From Catajapyx aquilonaris (lineage: Eukaryota): 20,000 nucleotides of DNA. This document shows positions 10,255 to 20,000 of this stretch, piece by piece; the first letter of the stretch is position 1, and each line of letters starts with the position of its first letter. The stretch spans positions 109,044 through 129,043 of the forward strand of contig KZ538085.1 in the NCBI GenBank assembly GCA_000934665.2. The letters are read 5' to 3'. Made by a program: the position numbers and the translations under genes. The notes beneath the pieces were generated by a model. The model saw only the letters and a list, made by a program, of their open reading frames with translations, made no database searches and was not told where the DNA came from.

Positions 10255-10887
10255 ATTTATCATCGGCATTCATCCTCGAGGGTTTTTATGGTTGTGCAAG
10301 TACGGACATGGCAAGAGAACTCGTATTGAATTCATGCTGTTTCTGTAGGACACTGCTGCATTTCATTTCGCTCGTTTCATATGTAATTATTTGAATAAAG
10401 TTATTTCGCCATTGTAACATGCATGTCTGTGGTATGCGGTCAGATCATTTTGCACTATACAGTATTTATATTTTTAAAATAGAACCTCGGCGAACTCGCA
10501 GTAACCGGACGTACGATTTGGATGCGTATTTCAAAAGTGTAGCGTTCCAGCTCGCAAACCAAATCATGGCATAAGCCAGGACAATAAACATGCCATTTTG
10601 ATAGCAAATGTTTCACGGTTTTCCCTAGGTAATAACTCTTATGTATATGTTATGAATGCTTCGGAAAAATGCATATCACTTGTATGCAAGACGAGGAAAG
10701 GCTTGCCAGATTAAAAATTTCCCGAGAACCTGACCTGACCTGAACCATCTTTTCCGAGGCAGTACTTTGAGTAGTACTATACCTGAAAATTTCGCCAATG
10801 ATAGCTACGAATACATGTAGGAATCATAGATGTTATAGGAACGGGTAGGAATATAATTAAGTGTCGAACTCCGGTTCCGGAGAAATC

Positions 10888-10946
10888 CTACAATCCTGAT
10901 GGACTCTGCCGCATGGTTCCTGTGCCTGTAGAAGACGTTTGGAAGG
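10888..10946 (-). repeat. 59-bp duplicated fragment of the SETD9 last exon
   Basis: 55 of 59 bases identical to 12762-12820, same orientation. Confidence 0.9.
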
Positions 10947-11242
10947 ATAGTAACAATTCATTGTTGGCAGACAACTTATTGTTCTGGATCATACAAAATC
11001 ATGCTGATGATAAATAAACTTACCTGGCGACCATTCGAGTGTTGTCAACGCAACCTGGATAAATGTCACTGTTCTCAAACAATTAGAGATTTGCGTGTGA
11101 TAACAGTTGAGACTGCTTGGGAGCATTCGCTGAGAGGGCTAGGAGTTCGGAACGCATGAGATTTTTGGTGGTGCGGGACTGGCATGTGAGCGGTGCTGTC
11201 CTGCAAGTGGAGTAGCATGTGCAGTGAACTTGGGTCGTGAAG

Positions 11243-12445
11243 ATGCTGCTTGTGAAGTACAGGGCAGAAATGCTGATCTCCTGGATCGGCTTGATTGTCA
11301 TCTGCATCATCCTGTACAACAATGACCTCTGGAACAGGGCATCACACACCCGTAGCGTCATTTTTAACCAGGGACTACGAGAGCCACTGAAGCAAATGGT
11401 AGTTATGATATAGTTGTTTTTCCCCCATCAACTTGAAAGTGACGTATTTCTCGTAGTAGGTCACCACGGACACCCAGACCATACCTGAAAGCAAACGTGA
11501 TGAGCTAAATGGGCCTGATGTGAGCCCGTCTGACCCACGTGTCATTGCCAAGATGAGGTCAAAGTACCTCATCCCACCTTCGTCACTGCCCTACAACCTA
11601 AAAAGTCCACAGATCACTGACCCATCAATTGTTCAAGGGGAGAAGATCAGAGAAATTCTCGGACCCGTGGCAAGTACTGTACTACTTTTTAAAAAGAATC
11701 ATCAGCCACGATGGGAATAGCGTAACTATTTCTTGCTATCCTCAGGGAAACGGTTTTTTCGTCGAATGTGGCTCACTGGATGGAGAGACCAATTCAAGCA
11801 GCCTGTTCTTCGAGAAGGAGCTGGGTTGGGAAGGACTGCTGCTGGAAGCTGACCCAGTTCACTTCGCACAGCTCGTCAAGAAGCAGAGGAAGGCCTGGAT
11901 CGCCAACTCATGCCTCGGGATCCGGAACTATCCAACAGTGGTGGGCACCATCAATCAACGCACAGTAATTATGTTAACTGTACAGGCATACCAGTACAGG
12001 ATGCGTGTGTTCATTTCAGGTGTCTTTCAAGCAGCAACGGGACATAGGTCACATCTCAGACTTTGACGCAGGCCATGTTGTGGAGAAAGGTTACATGGAC
12101 GTGCATTGCTTCCCTCTCTATTCATTCATGCTGGCCCTAAATAGAACCAGGATAGATTACTTCAGCCTCGATGTTGAGGGGGATGACGTGGCCGTGCTCA
12201 GAACCATTCCGTTTGACAAGCTAGACATCAAAGTAAGCTACAAGTTACGGATTTGCATGGTTTTTATGGACTAATGAGATCGGTTTTCCCCCCTCCAGAC
12301 TCTTTCAGTCGAGTTCATTCATGGAAAGGAAGGGAAGCTGGTGATGCGCAAGTTCATGGAGGACAAAGGGTATTACGTCCACAGTGAAGTGACTCGCCCA
12401 GACTTGATGGCCACCGATTTCATCTTCGCCAAGAAAGGGCTGTGA
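11243..12445 (+). CDS. Star-like FkbM (Methyltransf_21) family protein with N-terminal membrane anchor, about 306 aa; exons 11243-11398, 11460-11669, 11746-11940, 12020-12232, 12299-12445
   Basis: Hydrophobic N-terminal segment (LISWIGLIVICIILY). Motifs YLIPPSSLPYNL, NGFFVECGSLDGE, LGWEGLLLEADP, VHCFPLYSFMLALNRTRIDYFSLDVEG, LRTIPFDKLDI, DFIFAK are typical of arthropod Star/FkbM proteins. All junctions are phase 0. Confidence 0.85.
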
Positions 12446-12690
12446 AGGCTTTTGTGTAGCAATCCCGTTGCTTTCAAATGGCTTAATTTTAGGTTACAAG
12501 TTCTTTAATGTTGAAGTTTGGTTGCCCAATTGATAGTAAATCTGTGATGTTGGTATTATTATAAACAATGGATAACAACTGCTTGTTCGGAATTAATTTT
12601 TTGAAATAATTAAACTAATGATAAGGAGTATTATTTAGAGCATTTATTGACTAGTTGAGTTTTCACAAACCGTCTCTTGCGAGGGCAGCG

Positions 12691-13672
12691 TTAGTGCACC
12701 ACTGTGAAGTAGGAGGAGAGGATTTCTTCTCCTTGGGCGATCTCTCTAGTTGCAACAAGCGCTACGATCCTGATGGACTCTGCGCCGTGGTTCCTGTGCC
12801 TGTAGAAGACGTTTGGAAGGTGCCTCTGCAAGTACGGCGGGAAGGTGTGGGGCACGTTGCATTCTTGATAGGCGACGTTGGTTGCCTCGTCACTGGAGGC
12901 ATTGTTGACGTACTGCCCCACGTTCAGTGGACTTAAGGGCATCCCTCCAAGCCATGTGAGGTCGCTCAGAACCTGGGTGACGACCCTCTCCCGATTTGAG
13001 CAGGATTGGTAAATGACCCTGGACAATCCAGAGTCCTTTCCATCCACGTGGACTCCATCGATGCAGCGCAGGATGAACCGGTTGCCAATAGACGGCAGCA
13101 GCACAGGCTCGAAGCGGCGGTACACGGTCCCTGCCATGTCGACAATCACTGCCGGGTAATGACATTAATTGTGATAATTCGTACCTGGGTAGAGCGCAAC
13201 GATGGATCCAGGCTTGGCAGTTCCTGAGGCCAGAAACACGCCAATCCCAGCGCCTGGAATGTTGCTCTTCTGGCGCGATATGCTGAATCCGAAGCAATCT
13301 TGCATTACCTGTAATTAGGGTATAGGCGCTTGTTTTCTGCTCAAAAGGCATGTTATTGGAATGATGCTGACCTGCATGTTCCTGCGGTTGCCTGCTTCTG
13401 GCTCAATGATAGGGGAGTAGTCTTCCAGTCGGTGGAACAGGCTGACGAGGCTCTCCAGGACCAGGTCATCGCTGATTATCTTGTCCTTGTTGCTGCCCTT
13501 CTGAACGCTCCGTACCCTTCTGCCCTTCAGGAAATAATCTCATGTAATTCTGTTCATTTTTTTGTCCCCTCCCCTCCAACAGCTGACCTGACCTGTGCTT
13601 GAGGTTGAAGGCCAGCCAGGGAACCAGCCTGTACCTGTACTCCCTCCACTTGCTGCCCACATTACGCAGCAT
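12691..13672 (-). CDS. SETD9: SET domain-containing protein 9, about 263 aa; exons 13672-13593, 13519-13372, 13308-13185, 13130-12691
   Basis: WREYRYRLVPWLAFNL, KDKIISD, GAGIGVF, VALYPGTVY, SIGNRFILRCIDG, PLNVGQYVNN, NVAYQEC, LVATREIAQGEEILSSYFT match SETD9. GT-AG introns join the pieces in frame. Confidence 0.92.
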
Positions 13673-15117
13673 TGCTGTTGTCTCCGCTAACAATTTGCCA
13701 TTCCCAACCCGTGGACAAGCTGCCCACAAATCCCCTGCAAGAACCTCTACTCTCACTAGGAATTATTAATTTTAACTCGTCACATTTGGCCTCAAATTGA
13801 CCGCGAAATTAATAAATGGAATATGTGTGGCCAGCTGATCGGGTAGTAGGCCACATTGTCACGTCGGAGCAAAGCAGCAAACAGGTAGTAGTAAACAGTT
13901 ACAATATTAGGTTTAAATAATACAATATCATTCGCGCGGCATGGAGGCGGCCATCTTTTAGCGGATCCCATGTGCGATTTTTTCTCTCTCTCTCTTCTTT
14001 ATTCCCGACATTCCGAAGCCACAATACCATCATAGATCAGACTAGCCTCATGGCTCCGAGGCCGCGGCCCCATATAGCCATGGCTGTGGCCATGGCGATG
14101 GCAGGGGCGTGGGCAGCAGGGGCGATGGCGCAGGAAAAGGGAGCCAGAATAATAACTGCTGACGAATTCTGCTGTTTTCCTCGCAATTTCTACAGGTCAA
14201 ACTTTAGGAAGGAGAATAATTAAAAGGCAAAGAATCAGCCCAAGAGAATGTCTTATTTTAGCCAGTTTATTGCCATTCCTGATGGAGATGTTCATGAATA
14301 TATGTGTTATATCTCCGGCACACTCTGCAAGAAGCAGACGTGTTTCAAAATTGTGATTCTGCTCACTCAACTACGTCCCGTATCATAATTACTAGTTGGT
14401 TGGCAATGTTCTTGATCTTGAAACGTAAATAGTTAAGAAGTGCATAATAAAGTGGGTGTGTGTGGGTGTGTTTTTTAAAGCTAGAAAGCTGTGCGAAATT
14501 TATGAGCCTTTTAACGCTACGTCATCACAACAAAGGCGGCCGCCATGTTGGTTGGGTAAAACCCCTATCCCACCCGTGTTGTTGGCAGGGTTTTTGAGGT
14601 CTGCTGTGGCCCGTGGTTGGCCCGTGGCCTACCTACGGGGCTCCCCGACATGGCCCGCCCTTTGGAACCACTGCCGCACTACGCGAAAAGGCTTACTACG
14701 GGAGAAACAAAGAGGCGAGGCGATACGATACTCGATACGATACTCTCGTGGGTAAATGATCGCTCCTCCTCGTGTTGTTGGCAGTGTTTGTGACGGTCTG
14801 TGAGGTTCGCCAGGGTTAATTAGTCACACTGCTACTTCCAGCAGGGAAATAAACACGGGAAATGGTTACTTTGTGCAAAGTGTGAGCTCCGCTAATCCGT
14901 CGATGTTTGGTGGGTTACCAACTTTTCTCGACCTTCCCCACTCTCCTGACGGCGGCCAACAATCTTGCCCTTCCCTCCACATCAATTTGGAACCGAAAAA
15001 GAGGCCGGCGTGGCTTACTTACTCGATATATTGTTGCAGAAATAACCCGCTCAGCATGCCGCCATTGCTGGTTCTGCCCAACCAACATGGCCGCCGCGAA
15101 AAAAAAGGTAAACAAAT

Positions 15118-15874
15118 AGACCTTGTCGCCGTGACGTCATATGTTTACATTTTTGGCCCGGCGGCCATATTGGGTAGAAGGAAGACCATTGTAAACATAG
15201 GGAACCAGCAGGTTTTTAATTTTTTAAACAGCGCTGAAGCAATAGGATCTTAGTAGACGACAGACTTCCCAACAACCGGACCTATCCGGATCTTCCTGGC
15301 CCCACCCGGGATCTCCACTGTACCTTGCTCCCTCTGTACCCTCTCTTGAAAAAAATCCCAAACCTAATGTTCATTGTAGCTGGTGCACACTCCAGTGATA
15401 ACTGCTACGCGAGTACAGACCCGATCGCCGTGTTTACTTTTTTTTGTTGCCCGGCGGCCATCATCTCAGAGGAAAACTATGAAGTGTATGGTACTTTCGG
15501 TCTACCAACCTCTGGTATGATCCCTGCCCGGTATAATAATCCGCCCCAGGTGCAATATGTCACTATATGCTATATGCTATATGCTATATGTCACCATACC
15601 GTTAATAAATAGCTACAATGAACATTAGGTTTGGGATTTTTTTCAAGAGAGGGTACAGAGGGAGCAAGGTACAGTGGAGAACCCGGGTGGGGCTGGGAAG
15701 ATCCGGATAGGTCCGGTTGTTGGGAAGTCTGTCGTATACTAAGATCCTAGTGCTTCAGAGCTGTTTAAAAATTAAAAACCTGCTGGTTCCCTATGTTTAC
15801 AATGGTCTTCCTTCTACCCAATATGGCCGCCGGGCCTTGGCCACGCCCACCCGTGACGTAGCGCGACAAGGTCT
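15118..15874. mobile_element. 757-bp foldback MITE with AT TSD (ISL2EU-like)
   Basis: Perfect 12-bp TIR AGACCTTGTCGC...GCGACAAGGTCT, with AT at 15116-15117 and 15875-15876. Near-identical subterminal inverted arms of about 226 bp (15155-15381 vs 15611-15836). No transposase. Confidence 0.88.
15562..15590 (+). repeat. Short tandem repeat (ctatatg)x4 in the MITE spacer
   Basis: actatatgctatatgctatatgctatatg. Confidence 0.8.
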
Positions 15875-15894
15875 ATACGTCACGGCTAAAAGGT

Positions 15895-16145
15895 TGTCAG
15901 ATTCCGCACTGCAGAACCGTACCCTGGCTAGCTCAAGTACTGGGTTCAGTAATGATACTACGGACTGGGGATAAATCAGTGTGTATTACGATTCAGAGGT
16001 TACAGAGCCCAACCCGCACACTCCTGCTCGGGTGGCAGACAGGGACCGACTGGGGAAGGTGGGGCGAACCCCCCCTCCTCCTTACAAAGGGTGAAAAGCT
16101 TTCCGCAGGGGCAACCATGTGGCAGGGTTGCCACATGGTGTCACA
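15895..16145 (-). repeat. 3' LTR (251 bp)
   Basis: Direct repeat of 19140-19389, differing by one substitution (attcagagg vs attctgagg) and one C in a homopolymer run. Confidence 0.95.
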
Positions 16146-19120
16146 ATACCCCACGTTACAAAAATCAGCAGACACCTGCTGATGTCACTTCAAAATTCCC
16201 CCTCCTACTACTAAAAGTTCAAATCACTTAACACATGTTCCATCCAGCGAGCTCAACTGGAAAGAAATTTTTTCACATACACACACATGCACACCAACAT
16301 GTAGATTCGTCCACGCTGCATACTACTGGATCCCAGTTCCGGCGTCCCGGAAGCCGCATACGCACACAGGCAGCCATGGTACAAAAGTCCAGGCAGCACA
16401 CGCCAAACACACGCTTCGCAGGAGGTCCCATCTTCAGAAAGCTCCTCGAAGAAATCAACAGCAGTGCCATTCCAAAACCCCGGAATGCGCACAAGTCCAG
16501 GTCATGCACCTCAACAAGTGGCACATCCACTCATGACCAGTGCACCGGCTGAGAAGCATCCCAACCACAACACACGCGACTCGCACGTGCCACAGGATAA
16601 CAGCTAGTCTTCATCCACTACGTCACCACAGTTCAGCACATCAACCACATGCTCACCTCCTGGAAAGGTCCTTCCACGTGACGACGTCTTCTCCTCCTCT
16701 TCTTCTCTCCATCCAGCTGATCACAGCCAGAACAGCCAGCAGCACCATCGTTATCGGTGGGACAGCAGCTGGCGACTCGAGAGATGACACATCACTCCAG
16801 CAGTCCATCGTAGCCCCCACAAGCAGCTAACGACAATCACCCCAGTGTCGACGGCCGGGTACGGTGGTCAGGTGTCCTAGGACCTCGCTCAAGGACTTTC
16901 AGCCCCCTTTTCCAGGCAGGAGTGGCACTTTGTGTTAACCACCCCCACCCTTCTCCCGGCGCCAGTCCATTGACCCCCAAACCCCCTCCTTATGGCCACC
17001 CGATACCGGGTCTTGGCTCTTTGCCAGACTTTCAGGCACACCAAAAACGCCCACGGCTACTTAACAAGCCAACGTCAGGTGTCTCGACCCCTATGACCAT
17101 AGAGTCGTACGACAAACCTACTGTGCTACCCAGCCTCCAGGGACTTCCAGAGCGACCACTGTCACTCGAGCCCAAGCACATGGTAGCACCACCTTCCACG
17201 CGTAGGTACCCACAAGGGGATTTAACTGACAACAGGGCAGGATGACTCGCATCCACGTGGGCAGCGACCATTTCGCTGGCCAAAGGTCAGGTCTCAAAAT
17301 TCAAGACCATCGGCATCATACATTCAACAATGTAGCCAATCCGTCCTCGACATTTGCAACGACGGTGTTCGCATCAGGATCACACCCGATGTAAACAACG
17401 ACCCACCCGACAATACGTCATTGGGTCGGTCAACATGTGGTCAGTCGACCCAACATGTGGCCTCAATTCTGGTCCGTCCAACTCCGTTGGCGCGAACTCG
17501 CAGGCACACGATGAAACCTTAGCATCCGCCCACAACAGTTAGTCCAACAATCATCGTTGACTGACTCGGTACTCACATTGACGGAATACACTCCCCCATC
17601 CTGCGACAACCAAGATGAGCACAGTAGCCAATAGTGTCCACTACTGACTTGTCCGAATTAATGGCACGCATTAATTCAAAGGCATTGCGCTAACCAAGCA
17701 ACGAATTGCCTACATCTGGTCGAACTGCACATTCCAGTACAACCAACCCGACCGATAATCCCACCGAATGAGTCACATTCAGCAACGTGGGTACGAGAAA
17801 AGAAACGTCCGTTTCTTCCTCCAGCGGCCAGATGACCCGATTTTCCGTTATCTGACAGGAAGCCAAATGCAGTACGCATTTATTCTTCTCATCGGCCGCA
17901 TCATGCTTGCCACATGATTGAACGGCCACATGCCCAATATCAGCACAGTACTTACTATGCTTCTCAGGACACACTTGCGTCAGAGGATATGACCATCCCC
18001 ATCAACAATATTTCTGGGCGCCACTTCCGGTTAACTTCCGGAAGAATATCCGGTGACAAATAATGCAACATTTTATCACACAGAAATTGAGCGGACTGTG
18101 TCCAACAATGGACACAACTGCCCCCTCTGGTATGGCAGCATCAGCCTCCAGAGACCATGGACTCTGTTCCGGTGCAACCAACAGCACCCCGGAACTCTCC
18201 ACCAGGGTGGGAAGCAGCAGACTTCTACTGACATTCTCCCCCAAGCCAGATGCGTCACACAGCAAACTTACCATGTGTCACAACTAGTTTGGAAACCAAA
18301 ATGCTCCTCGCACTTTTCTTTCCTTTCGCCACCCCAAAAAGGGTCCTCCTGTTGACCTTCAAGAGCTGAGCTCCAAAGTCAGGCGAGATCGGAATGTGCC
18401 CACTCCTTTCTCCCCCAAGAAGGGTCCTCCTGCAATCCGCAAGAGCCCCTCCCTCCGCTGGCGCTGGTGCCACACCGCACCCCAGCTAACAAAGGAAGGC
18501 TGTGCATTCCTTCAATGCACTGTTGCCATATTTTTGTGCTGCATGTACCGGTACCGCAAATGTACATACATTTGGTACGCGTACATCCACACTAACTCGT
18601 GACGCAATTACGCCACAATCAGCACTGTTGCATCAGCAACATGGCGGCAACAACGGTTGTACGTGCTTCCAGCAAGTCAACCACGTCGTACAGCGGACTT
18701 TCATCAGCATGTGCCGATGTCCGCTCCGACAATAGGTGGACGATGAGACCACCGCTATGTCGGTGAGACATGTATGGAAGCGTACACCTTCCAGTACCAT
18801 GTCAGCACCAGCCGGACAAATGCACGGGCACGCCCGCCATCTTGTCCTGCATCTGCATGAGCGTCAGCTAACGGCCTGCAGAGAGTGCAACTGCGCCTCC
18901 GGAACCGGAATTTACCGACTCCGGATTTACAGCAGGGTCATTGAGGACGGCTTCGTCGTTCGTCCCCCTCAACCCAACGTACGGCGGCAAGCCAACGCTG
19001 ACTTGCCCACCCGTACCGACCCCAACACCCTTGCTCGAATTCAAGCAAGTGTATATGGTCACAAGTCTCAACCTCTTCCCGCAGTCCGCCCTCACGAAAA
19101 TACATACAGATATACTGTAT

Positions 19121-19138
19121 GCCCCACGTTGGGCACCA
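19121..19138 (-). other. Primer binding site, tRNA-Lys(CUU)
   Basis: Minus strand reads TGGTGCCCAACGTGGGGC, 1 nt after the 5' LTR. It matches the canonical Lys1,2 PBS TGGCGCCCAACGTGGGGC at 17 of 18 positions. Confidence 0.9.
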
Positions 19139-19139
19139 T

Positions 19140-19389
19140 TGTCAGATTCCGCACTGCAGAACCGTACCCTGGCTAGCTCAAGTACTGGGTTCAGTAATGA
19201 TACTACGGACTGGGGATAAATCAGTGTGTATTACGATTCTGAGGTTACAGAGCCCAACCCGCACACTCCTGCTCGGGTGGCAGACAGGGACCGACTGGGG
19301 AAGGTGGGGCGAACCCCCCTCCTCCTTACAAAGGGTGAAAAGCTTTCCGCAGGGGCAACCATGTGGCAGGGTTGCCACATGGTGTCACA
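19140..19389 (-). repeat. 5' LTR (250 bp)
   Basis: Direct repeat of 15895-16145, adjacent to the PBS. Confidence 0.95.
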
Positions 19390-19397
19390 AGGTCCAT

Positions 19398-20000
19398 ACC
19401 AATCCATATGCATGTAGCCTATACCAGAGCAGAGGGAATAAATCTCGGGAACACCCACCCGATTGCAATGAAATCTTTTAAATTTGAAAGCTGTACATGA
19501 AATTTATATCAATCCTTACAGAAGTACCAAGATATGGGGGATAAGACTCGGGGACACCCTTAAGAGCGCGCTCTAGGCTACGCTATTCATTGTTGCGGGG
19601 AGCCCGTCGCGGGCCGGCCCGTGAGTTTGACACTTCTTCCCATGCTTCTTCCTCTCGCTGTCACGATCGCAAATATGGAGGTATCAGCATGAAACTGGAG
19701 TATCTGGACGCGAAAGGGTTGCACTTTGAGATGGTGCGCTTATTTTTCTCCTGGGGCGACATTTGCGGCCGCCGCGGCCAGATACAGTTTTTTATTTTGA
19801 CCCTCAATAACTTCTTTCCATGTCGGTACCAGTGAAATTCGAGAGCGTCACCACCTTTGTACGGCGAATTACCGTACGTGTGTGAAAGGGCACGAGTGTG
19901 GCAGTCTTGGTTTGGCCAAACTTTGGGATCGAAAATACCCCCCTCCATGAACAATAAGAGCTCGCAGGAAGAACGCGACGATCTGGCAGCGCCGCGGTGA
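19398..20000. mobile_element. Probable further DNA-transposon remnants around a TTAA at 19560-19563
   Basis: gggacacccTTAAgagcgcgctctag could be back-to-back TTAA-type termini, and cgcgggccggcccgtgagtttgacac (about 19608-19633) resembles hAT-MITE terminal sequence. No partner ends were found in the window. Confidence 0.25.

Larger units (their letters stand above)
15895..19389 (-). mobile_element. Non-autonomous LTR retrotransposon (Ty3/gypsy-like), 3495 bp
   Basis: Two LTRs with TG...CA ends, 4-bp TSD AGGT (15891-15894 and 19390-19393), and a tRNA-Lys PBS next to the right-hand LTR on the minus strand. Short purine-rich gtggggtat precedes the left-hand LTR on the minus strand. No recognisable intact gag or pol. 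Confidence 0.92.
14504..19395. mobile_element. Outer non-autonomous DNA transposon (AT-TSD MITE, ISL2EU/PIF-Harbinger-like), interrupted by two insertions
   Basis: Left end: AT|gagccttttaacgctacgtca...ggccgccatgttggttgggtaaaacc. Removing the two inserts and one copy of each TSD gives the right end ggttctgcccaaccaacatggccgcc...aaatacgtcacggctaaaaggtcc|AT, an imperfect inverted copy of the left end. AT at 14502-14503 and 19396-19397. Confidence 0.7.

Noticed and set aside
10480..10887. Possible old MITE (weak inverted match aaccggacgtacga / tcgaactccggtt; internal cctgacctgacctga)
   Set aside because: Termini and TSD are too degenerate to define.
13972..14223. 83-aa Ala/Met-rich ORF divergent from SETD9; Gly/Arg-rich in another frame
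   Set aside because: Low complexity, no consistent exon structure, no recognisable homology.
18331..18433. Short direct repeat ccccaa(a/g)aagggtcctcctg, two copies
   Set aside because: Only two copies; not an array and no evident function.
15325..19481. Many 60-146 aa ORFs in the MITEs, LTRs and LTR interior
   Set aside because: No transposase, gag or pol motifs; duplicated peptides only reflect the two LTRs.
14430..19563. Possible fourth, TTAA-bounded element enclosing the whole nest
   Set aside because: The candidate ends (ttaagaagtg vs the reverse complement ttaagggtgt) do not form a convincing TIR.
19661..19954. 97-aa minus-strand ORF
   Set aside because: No recognisable homology; lies in repeat-like sequence at the window edge.
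1..20000. Prokaryotic systems (CRISPR arrays, operons, defence islands) and tRNA or rRNA genes
   Set aside because: The window is intron-containing eukaryotic DNA. There is no repeat-spacer array, and the only tRNA-related sequence is the 18-nt PBS.

Overview
Eukaryotic genomic DNA, most likely an invertebrate animal (arthropod-like; taxon not determined), with compact genes and mostly 53-120 nt introns. Bases 1-13.7 kb are a gene-dense block: two tandem, diverged coilin-like paralogs (one partial), an SLC17A9-like MFS anion transporter (-), PGGT1B (+), a SPATA6-like gene (-), FAM32A (+), a Star/FkbM-family methyltransferase (+) and SETD9 (-), several arranged head-to-head. Bases 14.5-19.4 kb are a transposon nest that can be reconstructed base by base: an AT-TSD MITE whose right terminus carries both a second AT-TSD foldback MITE and a young, apparently non-coding 3.5 kb LTR retroelement (tRNA-Lys PBS, 4-bp TSD). 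The most intriguing observation is that both coilin-like paralogs stop at the same AAT-TGA-G in the middle of a putative Tudor-like region. The rest of that region stays open in the +1 frame, with frame-preserving indels and many synonymous changes. This could reflect programmed +1 frameshifting, alternative splicing, or a shared ancestral truncation. All homology calls are by-eye recognition, not database results.
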